Shown: positions 19,048 to 28,138 of the stretch, piece after piece
Numbering within the stretch: the first letter of the stretch is position 1
Layout of the letters: each line of letters starts with the position of its first letter
Assembly (NCBI GenBank): GCA_964448385.1
Contig: CAYUWV010000002.1
Span: 1-38,600 of the forward strand
DNA from: an uncultured Propionibacteriaceae bacterium
GTDB taxonomy: Bacteria; Actinomycetota; Actinomycetes; Propionibacteriales; Propionibacteriaceae
DNA: 38,600 nucleotides
Reading direction: 5' to 3'
Translations under genes and position numbers: made by a program
Notes under the pieces: model-generated
Database searches by the model: none
What the model was told of the DNA's origin: nothing
The model's input: the letters and a program-made list of their open reading frames with translations, nothing else

Positions 19048-21727
19048 ACCTGCTGCTCCCAAGGGGCCGACACCAGTCGAGAGCATCACCCACGACGACA
19101 AGCGGCCCAACATCCCCACCGCTGACGCCCACGAGTTCGTCGACCCTGAGATCCAGCAGATCCGTCAAGTCGCGTTTGAACGCAACGCCAGCCTTGACCC
19201 GCAGTTGATCTGGCGCGGCAAGTACCCCGAGGACGACCCCGCGAAGGCTACCGGCCTGATCGCCGATGCACCGCCGATCTACATCCAGGAGAAGATCGAT
19301 CCCCGCGTCCTCATCGAGAACCTCAGGCAGACCTCCAAGGACGCCAAGGACGAACCCGAACTCACGCTGTTCGATACCTTCGATGGTCTCGATGAGCTCG
19401 ACGCGATCGAGTTCTACAAGCACCAAGCCAACTGGTCCAACCGCCTGATCCTCGGCGACTCGCTTCAGGTGATGAGCTCACTTGCCGATCGTGAGGATCT
19501 ACGGGGCAGAGTCCAGATGGTTTACATCGACCCCCCCTACGGCATCAAGTTCGGCTCCAACTGGCAAGTGTCGGCACGCAGGCGAGATGTCAAGGACGGC
19601 AGAATCCAAGATGCCGCGCGCGAGGCGGAGCAGATCAAGGCATTTCGAGACACTTGGGAACTCGGTATCCACTCATACCTGTCCTACCTGCGGGACCGCT
19701 TGTTCGCCGCTCATGAACTCCTGAACAGGTCTGGCTCTTGCTTTGTCCAGATCGGAGACGAAAACGTCCACCTCGTCCGGAGCCTGATGGACGAGGTGTT
19801 CGGCAAGGAGAACCTGGTGAGCCAGATTTCCTTCGACAAGACCACCTCCTCGTCTATGGACTACCTGGACGGAGTCAGCGACTACATCCTCTGGTACGCG
19901 AAAGAGTACGAATCGCTGAAGTTCCGTCCGCTCTTCAGCCTCAAACCTGAGCGGACGATGCGCTTCCTGGAACTGGCTGATGGAACTCGGCGGCCAGCAA
20001 CGCAGGCTGAGAGAGCTGGTTCGGTTTCGCCGCCGGAGGGAGCTCGATGGTACGAGGTGGGAGACCTCACCAGCCAAACGGACTCGTCTCAGGCGAGGTA
20101 CACAGTTCGCTTCGACGGTCAAGACTTCCCTCCCGGCAAACGCAACTGGGCGACGCCTCTCCCTGGCATGACCCGAGCAATCGCTGCCCGAAGGGTTGAG
20201 CGCCGCGCTGCGAGCATTGGCTTCGTTCGGTTCGCCGACGACTTCCCGGCCGTTCCGCTTCGGAACAACTGGACCGACACGGGAACTGGCTCGTTCACAG
20301 ATGACAAGGTCTACGTCGTTCAGACGGGGACCAAGATCGTTCAGCGGTGTCTCCTCATGTGCACAGACCCCGGCGATCTGGTTCTCGACCCGACCTGTGG
20401 TAGCGGCACGACAGCGTATGTGGCCGAGCAGTGGGGACGCCGGTGGGTGACCATCGACACGTCGCGGGTCGCCTTGGCGCTCACGCGTCAACGTCTGATG
20501 GGTGCGAGGTTCCCGTATTACCTGCTCGCCGACTCGGGCAGCGGTAGGGCCAAGGAACGGGAGGTGAGCCGGAGACTCCTTCCGCCTGCGCCGACCTCCA
20601 ACGACATTAGGCACGGGTTCGTCTATGAGCGCATCCAGCACGTCACCCTCAAGTCGATAGCAGCCAACCCAGAGATCATCGACGGAATGACGCCAGCGCA
20701 GATCGACCAGGCGATCCGGAAGTACGCCGAGGTCGAGGTGCTCTATGACCGCCCCTACGAGGACAAGGAGATCGTCCGCGTTGCTGGGCCGTTCACGGTG
20801 GAGAGTCTTTCGCCACACCGATCCCTTGCCTTTGCAGGCGGCGACGAGCCACAGCCGGTGTCAGAGCGCGTCGCGGCCATCGACGGCGAAGGGCCGACCT
20901 TCGAGCAGACGATTCTCGAGAATCTGCGCAAGGCCGGCGTCCAGAACGGTCGTACGAGTGAACGCATCTCGTTCCGCGCTCTCGACCCGCACGCTGGCAC
21001 CTACATCCAGGCGATAGGGGAACGCATCGGAGGAGACGCGCCCCTGCGCATCGCCATCTCGATCGGCCCTCAGTACGGCATCGTCTCGCCTGGCTACATC
21101 AAGGATGCGGCACGAGAGGCGATTCGTGCAGGCGATGTCGACCTGCTGTGCGTCCTCGGCTTTGCCTTCGACCCGCAGGCTCTTGGCGTCCACCTGGAGA
21201 ACTGCGTGACTGTCGAGACAGGTGACGCCGGATTCGCCGAGGTGGCTGGGGAACGGCAGTTGGGCAAGGTGAAGGTGCTCCTCGTCCGCATGAATGTCGA
21301 CCTGCTGATGGGCGAGGATCTCAAGAAGACTGGTGCCGGCAATCTGTTCACGGTGTTTGGGGAACCAGATCTGAAGCTCACCGAGACAGCCGATGATCGG
21401 CTGGTCGTGGAGTTGCAGGGCGTCGACGTCTACGACCCGACCAGCGGCGAGATTCGTTCCCGAGGCGCCGACCAGATCGCCCTCTGGATGATCGATACGA
21501 ACTACAACGATGAGTCGTTCTTTGTACGTCACTGTTACTTCACTGGTGGCAACGACCCCTACAAACGTCTGAAGATGGCCCTCAAAGCTGAGATCGATGA
21601 GGACGCTTGGGCGTCGCTGTACTCGACAGTCTCCCGCCCCTTCCCGAAGCCGGACACAGGCAAGATTGCAGTCAAGGTCATCAACGACTACGGCGACGAA
21701 GTCATGAAGGTCTTCGACTTGGGCTGA
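19037..21727 (+). CDS. mod: Type III-like DNA methyltransferase (Mod, N6-adenine, beta class)
   Basis: YIDPPYGI precedes VLDPTCGSGTTA (beta motif order). C-terminal GKIAVKVINDYGDE. Overlaps res by 11 bp. Confidence 0.92.
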   Translation: MARRPAAPKGPTPVESITHDDKRPNIPTADAHEFVDPEIQQIRQVAFERNASLDPQLIWRGKYPEDDPAKATGLIADAPPIYIQEKIDPRVLIENLRQTSKDAKDEPELTLFDTFDGLDELDAIEFYKHQANWSNRLILGDSLQVMSSLADREDLRGRVQMVYIDPPYGIKFGSNWQVSARRRDVKDGRIQDAAREAEQIKAFRDTWELGIHSYLSYLRDRLFAAHELLNRSGSCFVQIGDENVHLVRSLMDEVFGKENLVSQISFDKTTSSSMDYLDGVSDYILWYAKEYESLKFRPLFSLKPERTMRFLELADGTRRPATQAERAGSVSPPEGARWYEVGDLTSQTDSSQARYTVRFDGQDFPPGKRNWATPLPGMTRAIAARRVERRAASIGFVRFADDFPAVPLRNNWTDTGTGSFTDDKVYVVQTGTKIVQRCLLMCTDPGDLVLDPTCGSGTTAYVAEQWGRRWVTIDTSRVALALTRQRLMGARFPYYLLADSGSGRAKEREVSRRLLPPAPTSNDIRHGFVYERIQHVTLKSIAANPEIIDGMTPAQIDQAIRKYAEVEVLYDRPYEDKEIVRVAGPFTVESLSPHRSLAFAGGDEPQPVSERVAAIDGEGPTFEQTILENLRKAGVQNGRTSERISFRALDPHAGTYIQAIGERIGGDAPLRIAISIGPQYGIVSPGYIKDAAREAIRAGDVDLLCVLGFAFDPQALGVHLENCVTVETGDAGFAEVAGERQLGKVKVLLVRMNVDLLMGEDLKKTGAGNLFTVFGEPDLKLTETADDRLVVELQGVDVYDPTSGEIRSRGADQIALWMIDTNYNDESFFVRHCYFTGGNDPYKRLKMALKAEIDEDAWASLYSTVSRPFPKPDTGKIAVKVINDYGDEVMKVFDLG

Positions 21728-21767
21728 CTGAGGCGGCCTTGGCACTTTCGGCGCTTCCGCGAGTACC

Positions 21768-21789
21768 TGTCAGCGTTGGCCAATAGAGT
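21768..21789 (+). promoter_or_regulatory. PafBC/RecA-NDp-type DNA-damage promoter motif (leaderless) for sir2-herA
   Basis: TGTCAG-CGTTGGCCAA-TAGAGT matches TGTCRG-N10-TAnnnT. The ATG follows 7 nt later. Confidence 0.65.
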
Positions 21790-21796
21790 GCGAGCC

Positions 21797-23041
21797 ATGT
21801 CAACCGCCCCGGCCGCGGGCTCGACGTCGAGTCCCACACAACGCTTGATTCTTGGCTCCCTTCGCAAGGACGGGGCAGCTGACCTCGCTGACCAGGACAC
21901 CGTCCAGGCGTTCCTGGCTGCCGTGCTCCAGAGCGAACATCTGAACCTCCTCGTCGGGAACGGCCTGACGACCGCACTGACCCTCGCAGCCGGTGTCAAG
22001 CCCCCAACGATGTCGGGGGTGGTCTCCACAGGTGAGAGTGATCTAGACGATGCGCTCGAAGCTCAGGCTCTGCGGTCAGCAACCGCGAGTGGTCGGGGGG
22101 CGGGCAACGTCGAGGACCGGCTACGTGTGGCGCTTGCGTCGGTACCAGGGCTCAGACTGAGCGATGCCGCCCTTGGGCAGAAACTGGCGGAAGCGATCGA
22201 CGCATCCCTAGCTCAGCTACACCAGAGCATCGTGGAAGCCGAAAAGGCGATTGCCGCATCTGCCGCAGCTCGCCGGCTGGTCACGCTGTTCCTGCGCTCC
22301 TTCGCCGGACGCGTCCCGACCAGGGACCGCCTCCACGTCTTCACCACCAATTACGACCGGGCCGTTGAGTGGGGAGCCGAGCAGGCGGGCCTGCGGGTTC
22401 TTGACCGGTTTGTAGGGACGCTCAGTCCGATCTTCCGCTCGTCCAGACTGGAGACTGACTATCACTACTCACCGCCCGGAACGGTGCGGGAACCTCGTCA
22501 TCTTGACGGGGTGGTCCGCCTGACGAAGCTCCACGGCTCCCTTGACTGGCGGTGGTCTGGCGAAGACGTGCTGCGTGCGCCTTCCCCGCTGGGCGAGGCA
22601 AGCGCCAAGGATCCGTCGGAGGTCCTGATCTATCCAAATGCCGCCAAGGATCGGGAGACGTCCGACTACCCGTACGCCGACCTGTTCCGCGACTACTCGG
22701 CCGCGTTGTGCCGGCCGAATGCTTCGCTGGTCACGTACGGCTACGGTTTCGGCGACGACCACATCAATCGTGTGGTCCGGGACATGCTGACAATCCCAAG
22801 CACTCACGTGGTGGTGATTTCCTACGACGACCAGACCGGCCTTGTCGAGAAGTTCCTTGCGGATCACGAGCCTTCAGGTCAGGTCAGTCTGCTGTTGGGC
22901 CCCGGCTATTCAGATCTGAAGGCTCTTGTTGAGTCTTGGCTTCCTTGGCCCGCTTCTGATGCGCTCGCACGTGCGCAGGTCGAGAACCTGCGGGCAACTG
23001 CCCCACCGGCAGCACCGACGAGTTCGGGGTCGGCGCCGTGA
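21797..23041 (+). CDS. SIR2-like (SIR2_2) NADase of a Sir2-HerA defence system
   Basis: LNLLVGNG, FTTNYD, KLHGSLDW, IYP, YGYGFGDDHIN. GTGA overlap with HerA. Confidence 0.9.
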   Translation: MSTAPAAGSTSSPTQRLILGSLRKDGAADLADQDTVQAFLAAVLQSEHLNLLVGNGLTTALTLAAGVKPPTMSGVVSTGESDLDDALEAQALRSATASGRGAGNVEDRLRVALASVPGLRLSDAALGQKLAEAIDASLAQLHQSIVEAEKAIAASAAARRLVTLFLRSFAGRVPTRDRLHVFTTNYDRAVEWGAEQAGLRVLDRFVGTLSPIFRSSRLETDYHYSPPGTVREPRHLDGVVRLTKLHGSLDWRWSGEDVLRAPSPLGEASAKDPSEVLIYPNAAKDRETSDYPYADLFRDYSAALCRPNASLVTYGYGFGDDHINRVVRDMLTIPSTHVVVISYDDQTGLVEKFLADHEPSGQVSLLLGPGYSDLKALVESWLPWPASDALARAQVENLRATAPPAAPTSSGSAP

Positions 23042-25260
23042 TTGCTCGCGCATGGGAGGACGATGCGCGCATCGTCGGTCAGGTGGTTGAGGTCGGCCCG
23101 TCGGTTCTGACGGTCCTGATCAACCGAGAGGCGCCCCATGGGACGGCATTCGCTCCGGACAGCCTCAGCCAGTTTCCTCGGATCAACGGGATCGTCGTCG
23201 TGCCGACCGAGATGGGAGCAGTTCTCGCTCTGGTCGTGTGGGTGGGCGTGAGCGATGATCCGACTCGCTTCAAAGACCTGACGGACCACGTCGGGCTCCC
23301 GACGCCAAGGCGGGTCCTGAAGGCGATGCCGCTGGGCCTCGTGCGTCGAGTTCTCGGCAAGGACGGTTCGCTGAAGACCCAGCTCGACCGCGGGGTGCTT
23401 TCGTTCCCGACGGTCGGCGACCCTGTCAGGCTGCCAACGGCTGACGAATCCGCGAGCGCCGTTCCAGCGGCCACCGGGTCCGACGCCATTCCCCTTGGCG
23501 TCGCCCCGCTCGCTGGCAACACCGCAGTGACTGTGAGCGGGGCGAGACTGTTCGGGCGGCACCTTGCCGTTCTCGGAAACACTGGGAGCGGAAAGTCCTG
23601 CTCCGTCACGCACCTCGTCCGCGCTGGCGCACGTACCGTGAACCCGGAGTACGGCACCTACCGGGCCGTGGTGCTGGACCTCAACGGCGAGTATGGACAT
23701 GCCTTCGATGGGCTGCCGGTCTCGATCGCGGTGACGCGCCTCTCTGTCGGCCCGGCGCAGTCCTACCCTGGCTCGACTCAACTGAGAGTGCCGTTCTGGT
23801 TGTGGAACTACCGTGAGTGGGCCGCCTTCTGCGACGCGAGCGGCAAGAGCCAGGCGCCAGTTCTTCGACAGGCGTTGCACCTCCTGCGCTCCAGTTCAAG
23901 TCGCATCGTGCCTCGTGCGGCTGTCCAGATCATTGCTGCGAGGCGTGTGCTTCTGGCGTCGCGCGTCGGAACAGACGCCACTGTCCTCAAGCAGCTGCTG
24001 TTCGTCCTCGACAACGCCCGTGAAGCGTGCAAGGCGCTCGATCCTGCGGTCAACGCCGCCGTCGCCACGCTCGAGTCCAGCCTGGGCCGGATCCTTGGTG
24101 CGCGGCTGAACCCGCCGGGGAGCCAGTACGCGTTCAAATTCGACGTTCGTCCGCTCTCGCCTGCTGAGGAGCAGGAGATTCTCCTCGCCATGAGCGACTC
24201 GCTTCGCGAGCTGAGTATCCCGGTCGGTGAGGGCGACACCTCAAGCGTTGACACCCCAACTCCATTCGATGCGCGCGACCTTGTCGAGATTATGAACCCC
24301 ATCGCTGCGGGGATGAGTGGCGGTGATGTTCAGGGCTGGATTGCCCCAATGCAGGACCGGCTCTCGATTGCCATGAACGACGCTCGGCTGACTGATGTCT
24401 GTGGGTTCCTGCCAGGTGAGAGCCTGGAAGGCTGGCTCGCGGCCATCATGGGCCCATCGGCCTCAAGTCAGATCACAGTCATCGACCTCAGCCTGATTCC
24501 AGCGAACGCCCAGCACGTGATCGCGAGCGTGCTCGGACGGCTGATCCTTGAGGCACATGAACGACACCGTCGTGCGACTAGGCGGAATGCGCCGCCAACG
24601 ATTCTTGTCGTCGAGGAGGCACACAGTCTTGTCCGACGACGGGGAGAGTCGGGGGTGGATGAGGCTGGAGTGCAAATGGCGGAGCTGTGTCGGGAGACCT
24701 ATGAACGGATTGCACGTGAGGGTCGTAAGTTCGGGCTCTCGCTGGTCGTATCGTCACAAAGGCCGAGCGAGTTGTCTGAGACGCTGCTGTCTCAGTGCAA
24801 CAGCTTCTTGGTGCATCGACTCGTGAACCCGAGAGACCAGGACGCAGTGAAGCGCATGGTTCCAGACTCGGTCGGGGCACTCCTCAGTGAGGTGTCATCG
24901 CTGCCAGCGCAGGTTGCCATCTGCATAGGTGCCGCCTCGCCGATTCCCACCTTGGTGCGGATGGAGACCGTGCCACCGGAGTACAGGCCAGACTCGAGCG
25001 ACCCAGAGTACGTCGCCGCTTGGGCGTCCGGCATGGAGCTGGACATCCCGGCCCTTGTGGCCGGCTGGGTGGTGCCACCTGCCCTCGGACAGTCGAGTGC
25101 CTCGGTCAGTCCGCCGAGTCCCGGTTGGGATGAAGCGGTGGAGACGTCCGATGACTACGAGCCCGACCCGGAGGAAATGTATGCGGAAGTGCGCGACGAG
25201 TATGAGCCTGACGATGACGAGGAGCGGTGGGGACCCGATCCTGAGCGTCCGCCGTTCTAG
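23038..25260 (+). CDS. herA: HerA-family ATPase (DUF87) of the Sir2-HerA system
   Basis: N-terminal HAS-barrel-like region, Walker A GNTGSGKS, DLNGEY, Walker B VVEEAH, REGRKFG, SQRPSE. Acidic tail. Confidence 0.92.
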   Translation: MIARAWEDDARIVGQVVEVGPSVLTVLINREAPHGTAFAPDSLSQFPRINGIVVVPTEMGAVLALVVWVGVSDDPTRFKDLTDHVGLPTPRRVLKAMPLGLVRRVLGKDGSLKTQLDRGVLSFPTVGDPVRLPTADESASAVPAATGSDAIPLGVAPLAGNTAVTVSGARLFGRHLAVLGNTGSGKSCSVTHLVRAGARTVNPEYGTYRAVVLDLNGEYGHAFDGLPVSIAVTRLSVGPAQSYPGSTQLRVPFWLWNYREWAAFCDASGKSQAPVLRQALHLLRSSSSRIVPRAAVQIIAARRVLLASRVGTDATVLKQLLFVLDNAREACKALDPAVNAAVATLESSLGRILGARLNPPGSQYAFKFDVRPLSPAEEQEILLAMSDSLRELSIPVGEGDTSSVDTPTPFDARDLVEIMNPIAAGMSGGDVQGWIAPMQDRLSIAMNDARLTDVCGFLPGESLEGWLAAIMGPSASSQITVIDLSLIPANAQHVIASVLGRLILEAHERHRRATRRNAPPTILVVEEAHSLVRRRGESGVDEAGVQMAELCRETYERIAREGRKFGLSLVVSSQRPSELSETLLSQCNSFLVHRLVNPRDQDAVKRMVPDSVGALLSEVSSLPAQVAICIGAASPIPTLVRMETVPPEYRPDSSDPEYVAAWASGMELDIPALVAGWVVPPALGQSSASVSPPSPGWDEAVETSDDYEPDPEEMYAEVRDEYEPDDDEERWGPDPERPPF

Positions 25261-25317
25261 CGGCGCTCCTACGGCAAACTGCCAACGGCAGTCCGCGCCT
25301 GAGTGAAGGATGCTGTC

Positions 25318-28125
25318 ATGCCCTTGTACACGGAGGCCCAACGGCTCGCGATCGATAGCGTCGATAGGCACCTTCAGATCATTGCGTGCGCCGGGTCGGG
25401 CAAGACGCAGGTCATCTCCCAGCGGATTGCCGGGATCCTCGGTCAAGAGGGCGTCACCCCGGCAAACGTCATCGCGTTCACATTCACCGAACGGGCGGCC
25501 GCCGAGCTGAAGGACCGAGTGTTGTCAATCCTCGAGGACGAGGGCTTGGGGACGCTCGGCCTGGCCGAGATGTTCGTGGGCACGATGCACGGCTATGCGC
25601 TTGATCTGCTGCAGCGGCTGGTTCCGGAGACCTTCAAGTTCTCCGTTCTCACCGAGATCACATCGCGGCTGCTGGTGGATCGCAACTCGGTTAAGTCGGG
25701 TCTCACGGTGTGCCCCACCAACTCACGCGGCACCCCGCATCTTCGCCGATTCCTGCACTCGAAGCTCTTCCTCCAGGCGATGAGCGTGCTGCGGGAAGAC
25801 ACCGTCAACCTGAACGCTGTGCCGGACGGGGTCATCGCCTCGTTCCGGAGCTACATGAAGCTCATCTACGGCCACGCATCCTTCGACTTCACCGAGATGA
25901 TCAACCTAGCGGTGCAGCTCCTCGAGGCCGATCCAGATGAGGATCCCGCCGCCGGCGTCGTGCAGGAACACATCCGCGAGTCCATCAGGTACGTCGTTGT
26001 GGACGAGTACCAGGACGTGAACCCGCTGCAGGAGAGGCTGATCCGAGGGCTCACGAGGTTCGGCGCGAACCTCTGCGTTGTCGGGGATGACGACCAGACC
26101 ATCTACCAGTGGCGCGGCAGCGAGGTGACCAACATCCTCACTTTCACCGACCGCTACGAGGGCGTCCGTTCCGTCACCCTCGACGACAATTTCCGCTCCA
26201 GCGAAGGCGTCGTTGAGGTTGGGCGCTCGGTTGCGGAGCGGATCCCCGCAACCCATAGGCTGCCCAAGACGATGGTTCGTGCAGGGCATCAGACGTGGGA
26301 GCGTGGCGACCTGATCGCGTCTGACTTCGTAGACGCAGACTCGGAGGCCGTGTGGATCTGCGACCGGGTCGAGGCCATGCGTGGGCTGGCCTTCCGAGAC
26401 ACCCCTGACGGTGATCCTCGTGGGCTTTCGTACTCCGACTTCGCGGTCCTGTACCGGTCGGTTGCTCATGATGCCGGCCCGCTCGTCGACGAACTCCGTC
26501 GGCGCGAGATCCCATACATCGTCAAGGGGCTCAATCGGCTCTTCGACAGCCCAGAGATCCAGGCCGTCGTCGGTGTCTTCCGCTACATGGCATCACTGAT
26601 CGACGGGACGACGCTTCACCAGCTGTGGCAGGCCGCGGACCTCCTGCCAACCGGTGGCGACTGGCCTGCTGCGATGGCGGTGCTGGTCGAGGGCCGGGAC
26701 TTCACGCGAGGGAAGCGGTGGGGTGTGTACAACATCCAGCGCCTCTACCTGGAGTTCCTCGAGGCGCTTGGCTTCCGCGAGGAAACAGTCCCGGGGGACC
26801 CGGTTCGCGCCGAACTCGTGTTCTACCAACTCGGCAAGTTCAGCCAGGCAGTCTCCGACTTCGAGCAGATCTACTTCAACACCGACCCCGCACAGAAGTA
26901 CGACGCCTTCGCGAAGTGGCTGGACTATCAGGCGCCCGACTACTACGCAGAATCCGATGCCGACGTCGGGTACGCGACGCCTGACGCGGTTGTCCTTGCC
27001 ACCGTGCACCAAGCCAAAGGAATGCAGTGGCCGGCAGTCTTCCTTCCGTGCCTGCGCCGAAACAGGTTCCCGTCCAAGCGCCAGGGCGGCCTGGGGTTGT
27101 TCCATGTCATCCCAGACACAGCTATCGCTGACCCCGACCGGTACCGCGGAACCGAGGAGGACGAGACGCGGCTCTTCTACGTGGCCGTGACGCGAGCCCA
27201 GAAGTACCTGTTCGTCTCCTTCTCGCCAGGGGAGAACAACCTCTATGCCAACCGCTCAGTGTTCTTCGACCACTGCACCCGCCAGCAATGGTTCTCCACC
27301 CGCGACCTCGGCGTGGCGGCCGATGCCCCTCGGCTGGAACCCCGAGCACGCCATGAGACCCCGAACGTCACACTGTCATTCTCGGAGCTGAAGTACCTGT
27401 TCGAGTGCCCGTACGAGTTCAAGCTGCGGTTCCTGTACGGCTTCAACCCGCCCATCCACGAGGCGCTCGGCTTCGGCAAAGGTCTCCACGATGCACTGTC
27501 CGAGGTGCACAAGCGGGCCATCGCAGGCGACATCCTGGCCGCAGACGCTGCGGCAGAACTCGTGGGCCGCCACCTCTACACGCCGTTCGCGTACCCGGAA
27601 CTCCGGGACACGCTTCAGAAGGCTGCGATCAAGTCGGTAGAGAGATATCTGACCGAGCACGCAGACGACCTGGAACAGACGGTGCACAGCGAGAAGCAGA
27701 TCCAGGTGCACATCGCCCCCGGCATCACGGTCGACGGCCGAATCGACCTCGTTCGGCGTCTCGACACCAACGAGCTGTCGATTGTCGACTTCAAGTCCAC
27801 CGCTCGCGCTCAAGCCGAGGAAGTGACGCGCGACCAGCTGCACGTGTACGCGGTCGGGTACGAAGAGCTGACGGGCGAGCGCGCAGACCTCGTTGAGGTG
27901 CTGAACCTGGACGAAGAGGGCAAGACGATCCGCGAGGAAGTTGAGGAGTCGCTCCTGGACGGAGTGCGGGCGCGGATTCGTGACGCAGGCGATGCGCTGC
28001 GGTCGAACGATCTCCCGCGACACGCATCATGGTGCGCCGCGTGCGACAAGTGCGACCTCGCCGAACTGTGTCGGGTTGTTCCGGACGAAGCGCGGAAGGC
28101 TCGGAGGGCGTCCGTCGGCCGGTAG
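25318..28125 (+). CDS. UvrD/Rep SF1 helicase fused to PD-(D/E)xK (AddB/Cas4-like) nuclease
   Basis: Helicase motifs ACAGSGKT, VDEYQD, VGDDDQTIYQWRG, NFRS, TVHQAKG and RLFYVAVTRA. Nuclease region SFSEL..CPYEF...GRIDLV...IVDFKS...QLHVY with terminal CxxCxxCxxxxxC. Confidence 0.92.
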   Translation: MPLYTEAQRLAIDSVDRHLQIIACAGSGKTQVISQRIAGILGQEGVTPANVIAFTFTERAAAELKDRVLSILEDEGLGTLGLAEMFVGTMHGYALDLLQRLVPETFKFSVLTEITSRLLVDRNSVKSGLTVCPTNSRGTPHLRRFLHSKLFLQAMSVLREDTVNLNAVPDGVIASFRSYMKLIYGHASFDFTEMINLAVQLLEADPDEDPAAGVVQEHIRESIRYVVVDEYQDVNPLQERLIRGLTRFGANLCVVGDDDQTIYQWRGSEVTNILTFTDRYEGVRSVTLDDNFRSSEGVVEVGRSVAERIPATHRLPKTMVRAGHQTWERGDLIASDFVDADSEAVWICDRVEAMRGLAFRDTPDGDPRGLSYSDFAVLYRSVAHDAGPLVDELRRREIPYIVKGLNRLFDSPEIQAVVGVFRYMASLIDGTTLHQLWQAADLLPTGGDWPAAMAVLVEGRDFTRGKRWGVYNIQRLYLEFLEALGFREETVPGDPVRAELVFYQLGKFSQAVSDFEQIYFNTDPAQKYDAFAKWLDYQAPDYYAESDADVGYATPDAVVLATVHQAKGMQWPAVFLPCLRRNRFPSKRQGGLGLFHVIPDTAIADPDRYRGTEEDETRLFYVAVTRAQKYLFVSFSPGENNLYANRSVFFDHCTRQQWFSTRDLGVAADAPRLEPRARHETPNVTLSFSELKYLFECPYEFKLRFLYGFNPPIHEALGFGKGLHDALSEVHKRAIAGDILAADAAAELVGRHLYTPFAYPELRDTLQKAAIKSVERYLTEHADDLEQTVHSEKQIQVHIAPGITVDGRIDLVRRLDTNELSIVDFKSTARAQAEEVTRDQLHVYAVGYEELTGERADLVEVLNLDEEGKTIREEVEESLLDGVRARIRDAGDALRSNDLPRHASWCAACDKCDLAELCRVVPDEARKARRASVGR

Positions 28126-28138
28126 CTCGGATCGCGCC

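Noticed and set aside
19037-21727. Phase-variable simple-sequence repeat in mod
   Set aside because: No homopolymer or short tandem repeat tract seen in or upstream of the gene.
27370-28075. Cas4-like domain suggesting a CRISPR-Cas locus
   Set aside because: The domain is fused to UvrD. I saw no repeat-spacer array or other cas genes in the window.
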